A DNA stretch of 64,000 nt from Gammaproteobacteria bacterium. GTDB taxonomy: Bacteria; Pseudomonadota; Gammaproteobacteria; SZUA-152. The notes beneath the pieces were generated by a model. It worked only from the letters and a program-made list of their open reading frames with translations, was not told the origin of the DNA and searched no databases. The stretch is taken from contig JAKIUF010000005.1 in assembly GCA_021647705.1 (NCBI GenBank), forward strand, positions 43,936-107,935. Direction: 5' to 3'. Below, piece by piece: positions 50,793-63,146 of the stretch (position 1 is the stretch's first letter; every line of letters starts with the position of its first letter). Made by a program: the position numbers and the translations under genes.

Positions 50793-51758
50793 TCATTCCA
50801 CCTGAAAGGCAAAAGATTCCATCACTCCGTTGCGCTCCACATCCAAGATCACCGAGCTTGCCGTAGACAAGTCGCGCATAATTTCCAAGGCTTTAATAGG
50901 GTTGTCCAGCGCTACACCGTTCACCCCTGTCACTACATCACCACTTTTCAGCCCGAAACGCCCCAGCAGTTTTCGGTCTTTGCCAGGACGAATGCGATAA
51001 CCTTTGAGTCTGCCCGTGGCCTTGTCGGTTACCGGTGAAGCGTTCACCAAATTCATCAGTGTTTGTGGCTCGCTCATCAACGCATCGCGATACTGGCGTA
51101 ACAAGGCAGCATTATCTGCGGTACCGGCTTGCGTTGTACCACGGCCACGACCACGCGCTCGTGATGTGTTCTGTGTCGCCGTGCGCGCGACCATCGCACT
51201 GACAATCTCATCTTTCGGCAAACGCAAGGTTTCAAGTCGGCCACGGTGCTCAAGGATCACCCTATCTACATAAATTTCACGCAATACCGCATTACCAGGC
51301 AATTCTTCATCTATGGCATATGCCTCTTCCATACCTTTGCCATCGGCAATAATCGCTCGTGCCTCAGAAGGATCAGAAGATGCCAGTAAACCATGCAACT
51401 TCAAATTCAGTCGGGTATCCGGAGCCTCAGTCATTTGCGCCATAGGCACCGATGCAACTTTCTGAATTTCACCGAACAGGTGCCATTGAGCAATACGGTT
51501 GATATCGGAAGCACGCGGTTGAGCAACCTTTGCAGTGGATTGAAGCGACGTACGAGGTAGTAACATCGGTTCCGATGGCTGGCTGGGCAACACCTGCCAA
51601 GTCAGCTGCGCAAGGCTTTGCGCCAACAATATGATAAGCAATAGTAGCACCAGCAGAGGCAGGCGTTTATCCATGCCTACGGCTACCAGCCGTGCCATAA
51701 CATTTGCGCCTATATCCGTGCGAAGGGGTGTGCCCCAATCAGCCATTGCCTTGTCCAT
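50793..51758 (-). CDS. gspC: Type II secretion system protein C (C-terminal PDZ domain)
   Basis: Lies upstream of gspD. TM segment LLVLLLLIILLAQSL. C-terminal PDZ-like GDVVTGVNGVALDN. The exact start is uncertain. Confidence 0.55.
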   Translation of the reverse strand: MDKAMADWGTPLRTDIGANVMARLVAVGMDKRLPLLVLLLLIILLAQSLAQLTWQVLPSQPSEPMLLPRTSLQSTAKVAQPRASDINRIAQWHLFGEIQKVASVPMAQMTEAPDTRLNLKLHGLLASSDPSEARAIIADGKGMEEAYAIDEELPGNAVLREIYVDRVILEHRGRLETLRLPKDEIVSAMVARTATQNTSRARGRGRGTTQAGTADNAALLRQYRDALMSEPQTLMNLVNASPVTDKATGRLKGYRIRPGKDRKLLGRFGLKSGDVVTGVNGVALDNPIKALEIMRDLSTASSVILDVERNGVMESFAFQVE

Positions 51759-52086
51759 CGGTCATGCTATTTTACTACCCTTTTGATTACTGACCAGCAC
51801 TGTCGGCCAAGTCAGGCAAACTCGGCAGAGTCGCCAAATTTTGGTATATGCAGCGAGGCTTTGCACCTTTCCACCACAAATCTTGCTGTAATCCTCGCGA
51901 AGCACCTAGAAATCGCCTTCTTTTAACAGCCCTTACCTTTGAATTTAATACACTTTTCATACCACCCAGACAGGCAGCACTACAAAATACCAGTATTTCA
52001 CGGCAATCACCAGCCCGCCAGAAGTCGCAGGTCAACGAATGCATACCCAAAACCAATGAACAGGTTACAATGTGGGCGTTACCGTT

Positions 52087-52728
52087 ATGCGACACAATAA
52101 GCTACTGCACAATTCTTTCATAATGATCACCGTCCTGTTCCTCGGGGCGGTAGACGCCGGAGAACCCCGGTTTGTTCCGCTGGGGCATAATGGCGAACCG
52201 TTGCCTGCGAGTGAGCGCAAACAGTTGCAAGAATGGCCTTGCATACTTGATCAAGACACCGGGTTGATCTGGGAGGGAAAATCCAGAACCGCCGGCCTGC
52301 ATTACCGCAATAATACCTTTAGTTGGTTTGACCCAAATCACACACAAAACGGCGGCCTGGCGGGACAGCCCGGCAACAAACAATGTCGCGAAGGTGCCCA
52401 AAAAAATGCCTGTGATACCCATCGCTTTGTGCAAGCCGTAAATGACGAAGAACTCTGTAATGCTCACAACTGGCGCCTGCCACGCCGAGAAGAGCTCCGC
52501 AGTCTGGTGAACTATAGTATTCCTTACCCTGGCCCCACCATAGACACGCTGGCCTTTCCCAACACTATCTCACAATTTTACTGGTCCGCCGACTCCAATG
52601 CCAGCGAGCCACTGGAAGCCTGGGGCATCGGTTTTTCTTTTGGTTTTGATTACGCCTATTTCAAAAGTAACCGGGTACATGCCCGGCTGGTGAGCAGTAG
52701 TCAGCAAACCGTGCAGACACAACCATGA
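52087..52728 (+). CDS. Secreted DUF1566 (Lcl C-terminal-like) domain protein
   Basis: Signal peptide, then WRLPRREELRSLV, the DUF1566 hallmark. Divergent from the gsp operon. Confidence 0.6.
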   Translation: MRHNKLLHNSFIMITVLFLGAVDAGEPRFVPLGHNGEPLPASERKQLQEWPCILDQDTGLIWEGKSRTAGLHYRNNTFSWFDPNHTQNGGLAGQPGNKQCREGAQKNACDTHRFVQAVNDEELCNAHNWRLPRREELRSLVNYSIPYPGPTIDTLAFPNTISQFYWSADSNASEPLEAWGIGFSFGFDYAYFKSNRVHARLVSSSQQTVQTQP

Positions 52729-53225
52729 AATTGTTTCGTTGCTTTTTCATCATGCTGTTGGGTTCCGTCGCTGGTGCCAGCAGCCCTGTTGTCATGGCAC
52801 AAAGCTGCAACAGTAAAATAGCGACCACATCACCCACACAACGCTTTCATGATAATCAGGATGGCAGCGTCACTGACCAACAAACCGGCCTGCAATGGTC
52901 TCGCTGTAGTCTGGGCCAATACTGGGAAGATAACACCTGCCTGGATGAACCCCGAGCCTTGCCTTACGCTATCGTTGCACTGGCCGTAGAGGAAGGTTGG
53001 CGACTACCGAGCATTAGCGAGCTTAGCTCTCTGGTTGAGTTACGTTGTTCAGCCCCTGCGATCAACAATAAAATATTCCCGGCCACAACGCCTGCTGCTT
53101 ACTGGACGGCAACCCGCTTCATCAATCGTGACGGCTATTTTTGGCAAATGCATTTTTTACACGGCGAAGGCATACCAGAGAAAGCAGATAGTATGGCGTA
53201 TGTACGTTGGGTACGAGGCAAGTGA
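52725..53225 (+). CDS. Secreted DUF1566 domain protein (paralogue)
   Basis: Signal peptide MKLFRCFFIMLLGSVAGA. GWRLPSISELSSLV motif. Overlaps the upstream paralogue by 4 bp. Confidence 0.6.
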   Translation: MKLFRCFFIMLLGSVAGASSPVVMAQSCNSKIATTSPTQRFHDNQDGSVTDQQTGLQWSRCSLGQYWEDNTCLDEPRALPYAIVALAVEEGWRLPSISELSSLVELRCSAPAINNKIFPATTPAAYWTATRFINRDGYFWQMHFLHGEGIPEKADSMAYVRWVRGK

Positions 53226-53271
53226 CCCAGAGGGAGGAAACACTCCCTAGTTGCCGGATTAAAGAACCCTT

Positions 53272-54852
53272 CTAATGCTCCCGCGTCGCATGAAACTCAA
53301 TTTCCGGCCAGCGTTCTTTAATCAGTTCCAAATTAATACGGGTGGGTGCTATGTAAGTCAAATTACCATCACCGTCTATCGCTAAATTGTCACTCGCCTT
53401 GCGCTTGAAATCATCCAGCATTTTTTCATCGTCGCATTCTACCCACCGTGCTGTAGCCACATTAACATTCTCGAAACGACATTCCACGTTGTATTCGTGT
53501 TGCAGACGATGGGCAACCACATCAAACTGCAACACACCCACTGCACCGACAATAAGATCATTGTTATTCATGGGTCGAAATAATTGTGACGCGCCCTCTT
53601 CACACAGTTCCTGTAATCCTTTTTGCAATGCTTTCATGCGCAACGGGTCCAGCAGGCGCGCGCGTCGAAACAGCTCCGGCGCAAAATGCGGTATACCAAT
53701 AAATTTCAGCTCTTCACCTTGTGTGAAGGTATCACCAATCTGAATACTGCCGTGATTATGTAAACCAATGATGTCCCCCGAATAGGCATTTTCCACATGT
53801 TCGCGATCAGAAGCCATGAAGGTGATGGCGGTGGGAATTTTTATATCACGAGCAATGCGCACATGCCTGACTTTCATGCCCTTGCTGTAGGTGCCGGAGC
53901 AAATACGTAGGAAGGCGATGCGATCACGATGTTTGGGATCCATATTGGCCTGAATTTTAAACACAAAACCGGTAAATTTTGCTTCGTCTGATTTCACCTC
54001 ACGACTTTTACTCATGCGTGATGGCGGTGGCGGTGCAAAATTCACCAATGCATCCAGCAACTCCTGCACACCAAAGTTGTTGATGGCAGAACCAAAATAC
54101 ACAGGCGTGAGCTTACCGGCTAAAAAAGCATCAAGAGAAAACTCATGACTGGCACCACGGACTAACTCCACCTCTTCACGAAACTCATTCATCATACTGC
54201 CAAACAGTTCGTCCAGACGCGGGTTATCCAGCCCTTCGATAACTTCACCTTCTTGTACCTTGCCACCGTGCGTGGCGCTGAACAGGTGAATATTATCACT
54301 GTACAAATCGTATACACCTTTGAAGTTTTTGCCCATGCCAATAGGCCAGGTCATAGGTGCGCACTGAATTTTCAGCACATCTTCCACTTCATCCAACAGT
54401 TCCAACGGATCACGGCCTTCGCGGTCCAGCTTATTGATGAAACTGATAATGGGCGTATCGCGCAGACGGCAGACGTCCATCAACTTGACCGTGCGCTGCT
54501 CAACACCCTTGGCACAATCAATGACCATCAAGGCAGAATCAGCCGCAGTCAGCGTGCGATAGGTATCTTCCGAGAAATCTTCATGGCCCGGCGTATCCAG
54601 CAGATTGATGATTTTATCCCGATAGGGAAACTGCATGATGGAGGTGGTGACCGAGATGCCACGCTCCTGTTCCAGCGCCATCCAGTCGGAAGTGGCATGA
54701 CGCGCAGCTTTGCGGCCCTTGACGGTACCGGCCAACTGAATGGCGCTACCGAACAACAGCAGTTTTTCAGTGAGTGTGGTCTTACCCGCATCGGGGTGGG
54801 AAATAATCGCAAAGGCCCGGCGTCGCTGAACTTCTTGCAGGAACTCGGACAT
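53272..54852 (-). CDS. prfC: Peptide chain release factor 3 (GTPase)
   Basis: [32 protein letters not shown]... matches the classical RF3 N-terminus with G1 motif. 526 aa. Confidence 0.9.
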   Translation of the reverse strand: MSEFLQEVQRRRAFAIISHPDAGKTTLTEKLLLFGSAIQLAGTVKGRKAARHATSDWMALEQERGISVTTSIMQFPYRDKIINLLDTPGHEDFSEDTYRTLTAADSALMVIDCAKGVEQRTVKLMDVCRLRDTPIISFINKLDREGRDPLELLDEVEDVLKIQCAPMTWPIGMGKNFKGVYDLYSDNIHLFSATHGGKVQEGEVIEGLDNPRLDELFGSMMNEFREEVELVRGASHEFSLDAFLAGKLTPVYFGSAINNFGVQELLDALVNFAPPPPSRMSKSREVKSDEAKFTGFVFKIQANMDPKHRDRIAFLRICSGTYSKGMKVRHVRIARDIKIPTAITFMASDREHVENAYSGDIIGLHNHGSIQIGDTFTQGEELKFIGIPHFAPELFRRARLLDPLRMKALQKGLQELCEEGASQLFRPMNNNDLIVGAVGVLQFDVVAHRLQHEYNVECRFENVNVATARWVECDDEKMLDDFKRKASDNLAIDGDGNLTYIAPTRINLELIKERWPEIEFHATREH

Positions 54853-54936
54853 ATCGCTAACTCAGTGTCAGAAAAATAAACGGTTACGTGGATGCCACTA
54901 CGCCACATCTCAGTGGCAAGCGATGGCGAAAAAAAA

Positions 54937-55012
54937 TGGTGGGCCGTCCGCGACTCGAACGCGGGACCATCGGATTAAAAGTCCGGTGCTCTACCAACTG
55001 AGCTAACGGCCC
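54937..55012 (-). tRNA. tRNA-Lys (anticodon UUU)
   Basis: The reverse complement reads GGGCCGTTAGCTCAGTTGGTAGAGCACCGGACTTTTAATCCGATGGTCCCGCGTTCGAGTCGCGGACGGCCCACCA. This is a cloverleaf with a TTT anticodon and encoded CCA, closely resembling E. coli lysT. Confidence 0.85.
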
Positions 55013-55153
55013 AAAAAAAGGAATGCAAATCATACAGAAATGACGGGGAATAACAAGGTAAAGTGTTGCGTTGTTCGACAAATATAGTTATTGGCTACAC
55101 ATTTGCGCACAACACGCTGCAATTTACGCCTAAATCCTGCAAGTAATCGTAAC

Positions 55154-56416
55154 TTATACGGCGTCGAGCTTGCGCAGCCGGTTGGGCAACAACTTCATAT
55201 CAGCCAAACCAGCCACTAATGCCTTCACAAAAGAGGCTTCTTCTTCGTACACCAGCTTGTAATATTGCACTTTCATGGTAATAGCGCTACCAAATACGAT
55301 AGCGACCAATGCCAAAAAGGAACCCGCTGCCAGCGTAGAGACACCGGTAATGCCTTGGCCAATGGTACAACCTAAAGCCAGCACACCACCAAAACCCATC
55401 AGCATAGCCCCAACAATATGCGTGACAAAGTCCTTAAACGAAATAAACCATTCAAAGCGCAGGCTTTTACTCAGCAGCGACCATAGGAATGAACCGACAA
55501 TCACCCCCATCAGCGCCATAATGCCAAAGGTCAGCATGGAGCGACTCAAGCCGCTACCGATATAAGCAAAGGTCTGCCCCATAGGGTTAATAAAAGTAAA
55601 TGACTGTGGGCTCAAGGGTCGCCCCACAGCGGGCTTACCTTCCTCTGAATCGGCCAACATATCCCATTCGCCATAATAGTCACTAAGGCTGTACAACTCC
55701 TCATCCACGGTGATTTCCACATTGCTGCTCACATACCAGCCACCCAGCACAACCAAACCAACAACGATACCACCCAGAATATTGTCACGACTGTTACGGA
55801 AATCTGCCGATTTAAACACAAAAACCAATGTTGCCAGCACCAGCACAATACCAATCAGCAAACGGGCCATCACTGCATTATCAGGATTGAGTAGCGTACC
55901 AAAATCCTGTGCCTCACCAACATCGATGGCTAATGGGCGAATCCAGTCATAAAAAAGCAGACCGAACAGAGTTTTATCTGAATCAGGAAAGGGATTTGTC
56001 ATAAAGTAGGCAATCACCGCAATCACCACTAACACCACAACCGACTTAAAGTTGCCCCCTCCAATGCGAACCAGAGTCTTGTTACCGCAACCACTGGCCA
56101 AAGTCATACCAATACCAAACAAAACACCGCCCAGCAGATTTTCAGCCCAGATGAGCTGTGAATTGCGATAAGGCGGAAAAGCAGCATCGGCATTAATCAG
56201 CCCCATCGTTTCAAGAATCACAACACCCAGCATGGCAACTGCTATGGCTAATAACCAAGCGCGAATCCGCCCCAGGTCACCCATATTGACCCAGTCAGAA
56301 ACAGCACCCATGGTACAAAAATTAGTTTTATTCGCCACAACCCCCAGCAACAGAGCAAGAGCAAAGGTGACCCACAAAAAAACCGTTTCCGCTTCAATAA
56401 AGCCTTCGAATATCAT
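55154..56416 (-). CDS. YeeE/YedE-family inner-membrane protein (putative thiosulfate/sulfur-compound transporter)
   Basis: Two conserved Cys-containing motifs (NFCTMGA and LGCTIGQG) in a ~10-TM protein. Confidence 0.7.
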   Translation of the reverse strand: MIFEGFIEAETVFLWVTFALALLLGVVANKTNFCTMGAVSDWVNMGDLGRIRAWLLAIAVAMLGVVILETMGLINADAAFPPYRNSQLIWAENLLGGVLFGIGMTLASGCGNKTLVRIGGGNFKSVVVLVVIAVIAYFMTNPFPDSDKTLFGLLFYDWIRPLAIDVGEAQDFGTLLNPDNAVMARLLIGIVLVLATLVFVFKSADFRNSRDNILGGIVVGLVVLGGWYVSSNVEITVDEELYSLSDYYGEWDMLADSEEGKPAVGRPLSPQSFTFINPMGQTFAYIGSGLSRSMLTFGIMALMGVIVGSFLWSLLSKSLRFEWFISFKDFVTHIVGAMLMGFGGVLALGCTIGQGITGVSTLAAGSFLALVAIVFGSAITMKVQYYKLVYEEEASFVKALVAGLADMKLLPNRLRKLDAV

Positions 56417-56821
56417 GCGCCACCCTCTTGTCCCTTTGTATATTTGATGCTCTAACTCAAATCCACACCGTTCTGGAATTTTTGATACTCGGTTAATGAA
56501 ACAACGATATCGCTTCGCGGAAAAGCACTGAATCTGAGAGTCTGTCCGAGAAGCGCATCAGCCAAGTCTAATACTATTAACGAGCACTCTGGTGGATTTT
56601 TTTATCAAAATTTTCTATCGGGACATTACAAGCCCAAGCAAACCGGTTAAATGCAGGTTAAGCGTCAAAAACACGCGGCATTTAACGCAGCACCGGGTAT
56701 TTAACGCAAAGTTTTTGGTGTTTTCTCTGCGTCCTTTGCGTCTCTGCGACCTCTGCGTTTATAACACCCCACTTGTTTAGTGCCACTAAACATAATCTCC
56801 AGCAGGCAAATTTCAGGCACA

Positions 56822-56856
56822 AAAAAACCAGGCATATAGCCCGGTTTTTTTAAGAT
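56822..56856 (-). terminator. Rho-independent terminator downstream of rplQ (A-tract / imperfect GC hairpin / T-tract; potentially bidirectional)
   Basis: AAAAAAACCAGGCATATAGCCCGGTTTTTTT lies immediately 3' of the rplQ stop. Confidence 0.6.
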
Positions 56857-56877
56857 ACCATTACAGGATCGGTAAAC

Positions 56878-57297
56878 TTATTCTTTCGTCTCCGCCACAG
56901 TCTCGACGTCAGCGCCTTCCGTTTCATCAACAGCCAACTCAGGGCGGTCCACCAGCTCAACAATAGCCATGGGTGCATTATCACCAGGACGGAAACCGCA
57001 CTTGAGGATACGCAGGTAACCCCCCGGGCGTGATTGGTAACGCGGACCCAACTCAACAAACAATTTGCTTACCATGTCGCGATTACGAATACGATTAAAC
57101 ACGATACGACGATTTGCAACCGAGTCTGATTTTGCACGGGTAATCAGCGGCTCAACCACACGACGCAATTCCTTGGCCTTGGGTACCGTGGTCTTGATCA
57201 CTTCATGTTCAAACAGTGATGAGGCCATATTACGAAACATCGCCTTGCGATGACTGCTGTTTCGATTCAATTGACGACCTGATTGACGATGACGCAT
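56878..57297 (-). CDS. rplQ: 50S ribosomal protein L17
   Basis: [32 protein letters not shown]... Confidence 0.95.
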   Translation of the reverse strand: MRHRQSGRQLNRNSSHRKAMFRNMASSLFEHEVIKTTVPKAKELRRVVEPLITRAKSDSVANRRIVFNRIRNRDMVSKLFVELGPRYQSRPGGYLRILKCGFRPGDNAPMAIVELVDRPELAVDETEGADVETVAETKE

Positions 57298-57379
57298 GGA
57301 ATGTTCCTTTAAACTCTATTTCTTGGTACAAAAATTTAATAAGCCGAACCCGGACAAAAAGCCCAGCAATATGCGACTT

Positions 57380-58372
57380 TTATGTAAGCTCGCGCTGTTC
57401 TTTCAGGCTGGCAGGCGGCCAGTTTTCCAGTCGCAATCCCAGAGAAAGCCCCTTGGTGGCCAATACGCTCTTTATTTCGGTAAGCGATTTTTTGCCCAGG
57501 TTCGGTGTTTTCAGCAATTCCACTTCAGTACACTGAATCAGATCACCGATATAATAAATTTGCTCAGCTTTCAGACAATTTGCCGAACGCACAGTAAGTT
57601 CGAGATCATCAACCGGACGCAGCAGCACTGGATCCACTTCAGGCTCGTCAGACTTAGCTGTATCTTCTTCACGACTTTGCAAATCAACAAAAGTCGATAA
57701 CTGATCCTGAAGAATGGTTGCAGCAGAACGCACAACTTCTTCCGGATTGAGAGAGCCATCAGTTTCCAGCTCAATAATTAATTTGTCGAGATCAGTACGC
57801 TGTTCAACACGGGCACGTTCCACTGTATAAGCAACACGCTCAATCGGGCTGAAGGAGGCGTCCAGTTGCAAACGACCAATCGCACGACCCTCACCTTCTG
57901 AGTCACGAGTCGTTGACGCTTCATAGCCACGACCGGTACTGACCTTCAAGGTCATCTTCAGCGAACCATTTTTGGTCATGTGCGCAATAACATGATCCGG
58001 GTTCACTAATTCAATATCATGATCCAGGGTAATATCAGCAGCCGTTATCGGACCTTCACCGGATTTTTCCAGTTTCAGCACAACTTCGTTGCGCGTATGC
58101 ATGCGAAATGACAACCCTTTGAGATTAAGCAGGATATCGATCACATCTTCCTGCACGCCTTCAATAGTGCTGTATTCGTGCAACACACCTTCAATTTCAA
58201 CTTCAACAACTGCACATCCAGAAATTGAAGACAGCAAGATGCGGCGCAAGGCATTACCCAAGGTATGGCCAAACCCTCGCTCCAAAGGCTCTAAAGTCAC
58301 TTTGGCGTGTCGGTCATTATAGACTTGGACGTTAACAATACTTGGTTTCAAAAATTCAGACACTAAACCCTG
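57380..58372 (-). CDS. rpoA: DNA-directed RNA polymerase subunit alpha
   Basis: [17 protein letters not shown]...; 330 aa. Start moved to the internal Met of the longer tool ORF. Confidence 0.95.
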   Translation of the reverse strand, partial: QGLVSEFLKPSIVNVQVYNDRHAKVTLEPLERGFGHTLGNALRRILLSSISGCAVVEVEIEGVLHEYSTIEGVQEDVIDILLNLKGLSFRMHTRNEVVLKLEKSGEGPITAADITLDHDIELVNPDHVIAHMTKNGSLKMTLKVSTGRGYEASTTRDSEGEGRAIGRLQLDASFSPIERVAYTVERARVEQRTDLDKLIIELETDGSLNPEEVVRSAATILQDQLSTFVDLQSREEDTAKSDEPEVDPVLLRPVDDLELTVRSANCLKAEQIYYIGDLIQCTEVELLKTPNLGKKSLTEIKSVLATKGLSLGLRLENWPPASLKEQRELT

Positions 58373-58484
58373 CATGGATTTTCCTCTCTGGCCATCTGGC
58401 ACACTGTCATAAAACGCTTATAAAAATCGTTTTTACAAACAACACCATCTATGGCTGACTTGTGTTTCTGGTTTGTACCACCAA

Positions 58485-59111
58485 TTACTTGGAATACAAT
58501 TCAACAATCAAATGCTCATTAATGTCAGATGACAATTCAGCACGTTCCGGACGCGCTTTAAACACACCGGTGAACTTTTTAGCATCAACTTCAATCCATT
58601 CCGCGAACCCGCGTTGGCCTGCCATATCTAGCGCAGATTGGATGCGTAATTGATTGCGGCTACCTTCGCGCACAGCAACTTCATCCGCAGGGTTAACCTG
58701 ATAAGATGGAATAGTTACTGTCACGCCATTCACGCTGATTGCTTTGTGACGCACCAACTGACGCGCTTCGCTGCGTGATGCCGCAAAACCCATGCGGTAT
58801 ACCACATTGTCTAAACGCGATTCTAATGCCTGTAATAGATTTTCGCCGGTCGCGCCTTTACTGCTATCAGCAGATTTATAATAAAGACGGAACTGGTTTT
58901 CCAGAATGCCGTAAGTACGACGCATCTTCTGCTTTTCACGCAACTGCGTTGCATAATCAGAAGTACGGGTACGGCGTTGACCGTGCTGTCCCGGAGGAAA
59001 AGCTCGATTTTCCATCGCGCATTTGCTGCCGTAACATTTCTCGCCTTTCAGAAAGAGTTTCTCGCCTTCACGACGACATTGACGACATTTTGGACCTACA
59101 TATCTAGCCAT
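58485..59111 (-). CDS. rpsD: 30S ribosomal protein S4
   Basis: [26 protein letters not shown]... Confidence 0.95.
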   Translation of the reverse strand: MARYVGPKCRQCRREGEKLFLKGEKCYGSKCAMENRAFPPGQHGQRRTRTSDYATQLREKQKMRRTYGILENQFRLYYKSADSSKGATGENLLQALESRLDNVVYRMGFAASRSEARQLVRHKAISVNGVTVTIPSYQVNPADEVAVREGSRNQLRIQSALDMAGQRGFAEWIEVDAKKFTGVFKARPERAELSSDINEHLIVELYSK

Positions 59112-59154
59112 TCTTCACTTGCTCCAAAAGATGCTCAAACTTAAATCCGCGAAC

Positions 59155-59538
59155 TTAAACGCGACGACGTTTCGGCGGGCGACAGCCATTGTGCGGAATC
59201 GGCGTTACATCAGTAATACTTGTGATGTTAAAACCGTTTGCGTTGAGTGCGCGGATAGCAGACTCACGACCTGGACCTGGACCTTTTACACACACATCAA
59301 GATTTTTCATGCCCATTTCCTTGACCATAGCGGCAACACGTTCAGCCGCAACCTGTGCCGCGAACGGTGTGCTTTTACGCGAACCTCGGAAACCGGAACC
59401 ACCCGCAGTCGCCCAAGCCAAAGCATTACCTTGACGATCAGTGACTGTGACAATGGTATTATTGAAGGTCGCATGCACATGCGCGATACCATCAACCACG
59501 TTCTTTTTAACTTTCTTGCGAGTGCGAGGACTTGCCAT
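59155..59538 (-). CDS. rpsK: 30S ribosomal protein S11
   Basis: ...[46 protein letters not shown]... Confidence 0.95.
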   Translation of the reverse strand: MASPRTRKKVKKNVVDGIAHVHATFNNTIVTVTDRQGNALAWATAGGSGFRGSRKSTPFAAQVAAERVAAMVKEMGMKNLDVCVKGPGPGRESAIRALNANGFNITSITDVTPIPHNGCRPPKRRRV

Positions 59539-59632
59539 TCGGATAACCTGTATTAATCAATACTGCATTAATGAAAAAGTAAGTAGTGCGCAGCGTCTAC
59601 ACGCCTTGGCGGTACTTATTTGGCTGTGTAAT

Positions 59633-59989
59633 CTAGTTACGCACCATGCGACGAGGGCCTTTACGTGTACGAGCATTCGTTCGTGTACGCTGGCCGCGCA
59701 ATGGCAGACCACGACGGTGACGAATTCCACGATAGCAACCCAGATCCATCAAACGTTTGATGTTCATGGAAACTTCACGTCGAAGATCACCCTCAACGTC
59801 GAACTTGCCCACTTCAGCACGTAACAAATCGAGCTCTTGCTCGGTCAGGTCCTTGATCTTGGCATCTTCTTTCACACCCGAAGCCGCACAGATTTGCTTT
59901 GCACGTGTCGGCCCAATACCAAAAACCGCCCTCAGCCCAATCACCGTGTGCTTGTGCGCTGGAATATTAATACCCGCAATACGAGCCAT
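59633..59989 (-). CDS. rpsM: 30S ribosomal protein S13
   Basis: [19 protein letters not shown]... Confidence 0.95.
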   Translation of the reverse strand: MARIAGINIPAHKHTVIGLRAVFGIGPTRAKQICAASGVKEDAKIKDLTEQELDLLRAEVGKFDVEGDLRREVSMNIKRLMDLGCYRGIRHRRGLPLRGQRTRTNARTRKGPRRMVRN

Positions 59990-60078
59990 TCAAACAATCT
60001 CCAAAATAACGCCGCAGAAAGCCGGCTATTGTAATCAGTTTCCTACCCATCAGCAAGTGCGACGAGTAAAAGTCAATA

Positions 60079-60192
60079 TTAACCCTGTCGCTGCTTATGG
60101 CGAGGGTCTACACAAATCACGCGAACCACGCCCTTGCGGCGCACAACCTTGCATTTATTACAAATCTTCTTAACCGAAGCACGTACTTTCAT
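60079..60192 (-). CDS. rpmJ: 50S ribosomal protein L36 (38 aa; not in the ORF track because it is short)
   Basis: The reverse complement translates to [37 protein letters not shown]. It lies between rpsM and secY as expected. Confidence 0.9.
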   Translation of the reverse strand: MKVRASVKKICNKCKVVRRKGVVRVICVDPRHKQRQG

Positions 60193-60274
60193 GGTCTGTC
60201 TCCAAACAGCTAACGGCCTACTTTGGCCCGGGCCTTGCCCAATTTACTTATTCACAGTACTCATTCACAACAGC

Positions 60275-61621
60275 TTAAATACCGCTGCGACCATACCCCT
60301 TCAAGCTGGCCTTCTTCATCAGACCTTCATACTGGTGCGACATCAGGTGCGCCTGAATCTGGGAAATAAAGTCCATTACCACAATCACGATAATCAGCAA
60401 AGATGTGCCCCCAAAATAAAACGGGACATTCCAGTACACAATCATAAATTCTGGCAGCAAACACACGGCGGTTATGTACATCGCGCCAACAAGCGTTAAT
60501 CGTGACATGACTCCATCAATATACTTCGCCGTATTCTGGCCGGGGCGAATTCCGGGAATAAACGCACCGGAGCGCTTCAGATTATCGGCAGTATCTTTCG
60601 GATTAAACTGTAACGCCGTATAAAAAAAGCAAAAGAAAATAATCGCCATCGCATACATAAATACATATACCGGCTGCCCAGGCGACAACGTACCCGCAAT
60701 ATCTTTCAGCCAGCCCATGCCTTCTGTCTGACCAAACCAGCTAGCCAACGTAGCTGGAAATAAAATAATACTTGAGGCAAAAATCGGCGGAATCACACCT
60801 GCCATATTGACCTTCAATGGCAAATGGCTTTTCTGCGCCGCATACACCTTGCGTCCCTGTTGACGTTTGGCATAGTTAACCGTGATACGTCGCTGCCCAC
60901 GCTCCACAAAAACTACAAATCCGGTTACACCAATCGCAAGCACCAGCAAAATCAGTACTAGGAATGCGCTTATTTCACCGATACGCGCCAGCTCCAGAGT
61001 CCCGCCAATCGCTGATGGCAGTCCCGCAACAATACCCGCAAAAATGATTAACGAGATACCATTACCAATACCTCGTTCAGTCACCTGCTCACCCAACCAC
61101 ATCAAAAACATGGTGCCGGTCACCAGACTGATAACCGCAGTAAATACAAACCCTGGGCCCGGTGAAGGCACTAATGCTAACGCACCCGCTGTCTGCCCCT
61201 GTAGCGCAATAGCAATACCAATAGACTGAAAAAGCGCCAGACCTAATGTACCGTAGCGTGTGTACTGGGTAATTTTGCGTCGCCCAGACTCACCTTCTTT
61301 TTTCATCTGCTCCAGCTTGGGCACCACCGCAGTCAACAGCTGCATGATGATCGAGGCAGAGATATAAGGCATAACGCCCAAGGCAAACAATGACAAACGG
61401 CCTAAAGCACCACCAGAGAACATGTTGAACATGTCAAGAATGGTACCCTTTTGTTCCTCAAACAATACTGCCAGTGCCCCAGGATCAATTCCAGGAACAG
61501 GAATAAATGTACCAATGCGGAAGACCACCATCGCCATGACCACAAACAGTAAACGTTGCTTGAGTTCAGATAATTTACCCGAACCCATTGCGCCAAGCAT
61601 TGAAGAGTTTGTAGCTGACAC
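60275..61621 (-). CDS. secY: Preprotein translocase subunit SecY
   Basis: ...[23 protein letters not shown]...[15 protein letters not shown]...; about 443 aa. Confidence 0.95.
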   Translation of the reverse strand: MSATNSSMLGAMGSGKLSELKQRLLFVVMAMVVFRIGTFIPVPGIDPGALAVLFEEQKGTILDMFNMFSGGALGRLSLFALGVMPYISASIIMQLLTAVVPKLEQMKKEGESGRRKITQYTRYGTLGLALFQSIGIAIALQGQTAGALALVPSPGPGFVFTAVISLVTGTMFLMWLGEQVTERGIGNGISLIIFAGIVAGLPSAIGGTLELARIGEISAFLVLILLVLAIGVTGFVVFVERGQRRITVNYAKRQQGRKVYAAQKSHLPLKVNMAGVIPPIFASSIILFPATLASWFGQTEGMGWLKDIAGTLSPGQPVYVFMYAMAIIFFCFFYTALQFNPKDTADNLKRSGAFIPGIRPGQNTAKYIDGVMSRLTLVGAMYITAVCLLPEFMIVYWNVPFYFGGTSLLIIVIVVMDFISQIQAHLMSHQYEGLMKKASLKGYGRSGI

Positions 61622-61627
61622 CGGTTT

Positions 61628-62062
61628 TTAGTCCTCGACCTTTCCGCCAGCGGCTTCAATTGCCGCGCGTGCGCCCTTGGTAACACCTAAGCCACTGACT
61701 GTAACGGCTTTCGATATTTCACCTGACAGGATCACCTTGGCACGTTTAATCTGCTGACCGACAATGTTCGCTGTTTTCAGCGCAAGCAAATCCACTGTGT
61801 CGCCCTCAACCATCGCCAGCTCATGCAACCTGATTTCGGCAACATACCGTGCGGTGCGTGAAGTGAAGCCCACTTTAGGTAAGCGACGCTGCAAAGGCAT
61901 CTGCCCACCTTCAAATCCAACTTTGGTGAACCCACCGGAGCGTGATTTTTGACCCTTGTGGCCACGGCCACCAGTCTTACCCAGACCAGAACCAATACCA
62001 CGACCTACACGTTTGGCATTTTTCTTTGAGCCATCCGCAGGTTTAAGTGTATTTAAATACAT
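61628..62062 (-). CDS. rplO: 50S ribosomal protein L15
   Basis: [44 protein letters not shown]... Confidence 0.9.
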   Translation of the reverse strand: MYLNTLKPADGSKKNAKRVGRGIGSGLGKTGGRGHKGQKSRSGGFTKVGFEGGQMPLQRRLPKVGFTSRTARYVAEIRLHELAMVEGDTVDLLALKTANIVGQQIKRAKVILSGEISKAVTVSGLGVTKGARAAIEAAGGKVED

Positions 62063-62063
62063 T

Positions 62064-62246
62064 TTATGCTTCCTCAACCTTCAGCAGATAAGACACTGTA
62101 TTAATCATTCCACGATTACACGGCGTGTCTTCAACGGAAACCGTCTGATGTATGCGACGCAAACCTAAGCCGGCAACACAGGCCCTGTGCGCTGGTAACC
62201 GACCAATAACGCTTTTGCTTAATGTAATTTTGACTTGATTAGCCAT
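62064..62246 (-). CDS. rpmD: 50S ribosomal protein L30
   Basis: [36 protein letters not shown]... Confidence 0.9.
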   Translation of the reverse strand: MANQVKITLSKSVIGRLPAHRACVAGLGLRRIHQTVSVEDTPCNRGMINTVSYLLKVEEA

Positions 62247-62249
62247 GAC

Positions 62250-62756
62250 TTACCCCGAAATCTCTTCAACACTTTTACCGCGCTTGGCAGCAACAGCTTC
62301 CGGTGTTGTCATTTCACTTAATCCTTTGAACGTAGCCCGCACAACATTGATCGGGTTATTTGAACCGATACATTTTGCCAACACATCACGCACGCCCACA
62401 GCCTCAAATACCGCCCGCATAGGACCGCCGGCAATAATTCCGGTACCTTCAGAAGCAGGAAGCATGACGACCTTGGCCGCGCCATGATTACCAATAAGCG
62501 GATATTGCAAAGTGCCGCCTTTCAGATTGACTTTGCGCATGTTTTTGCGAGCATCTTCCATAGCCTTTTGCACAGCAACCGGCACTTCGCGCGCCTTGCC
62601 TCGTCCAAAACCAATCTTGCCTTCACCATCGCCCACTACTGTCAGCGCAGTAAAACCAAATATGCGACCACCCTTTACCACTTTTGCCACGCGATTGATA
62701 TTAACCAGCTTCTCAATCAAACCGTCGCTATTAGCTTGTGCATCAAATTTAGCCAT
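62250..62756 (-). CDS. rpsE: 30S ribosomal protein S5
   Basis: ...[47 protein letters not shown]... Confidence 0.95.
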   Translation of the reverse strand: MAKFDAQANSDGLIEKLVNINRVAKVVKGGRIFGFTALTVVGDGEGKIGFGRGKAREVPVAVQKAMEDARKNMRKVNLKGGTLQYPLIGNHGAAKVVMLPASEGTGIIAGGPMRAVFEAVGVRDVLAKCIGSNNPINVVRATFKGLSEMTTPEAVAAKRGKSVEEISG

Positions 62757-62778
62757 GCCAGATACCTTATTCCTATTT

Positions 62779-63132
62779 TTAGATAGTCAAACCGCTTTCA
62801 CGAGCGGCATCGGCAAGCGCTTTCACGCGGCCATGATATTTGAATCCCGAACGATCAAAAGCTACTTGATCAACACCGGACGCCTTTGCACGCTCTGCGA
62901 TGAGCTGTCCGATTTTAACCGCAGCCTCAACGTTACCCGTATGTTTCAGAGCCGACTTCACATCAGTTTCTAATGTCGAAGCGCTGGCAACAACACTGGA
63001 ACCATCTGGTGAAATCACCTGTGCGTAAGTGTGTTGCGCAGTACGATGCACACAGAGACGGTGCGCACCCAGTTCGCGAATTTTGGAACGTGTGCGTAAT
63101 GCACGACGTAAACGACTTTGTCTTTTATTCAT
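62779..63132 (-). CDS. rplR: 50S ribosomal protein L18
   Basis: [40 protein letters not shown]... Confidence 0.95.
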   Translation of the reverse strand: MNKRQSRLRRALRTRSKIRELGAHRLCVHRTAQHTYAQVISPDGSSVVASASTLETDVKSALKHTGNVEAAVKIGQLIAERAKASGVDQVAFDRSGFKYHGRVKALADAARESGLTI

Positions 63133-63146
63133 TTTGTAATGCGCCC

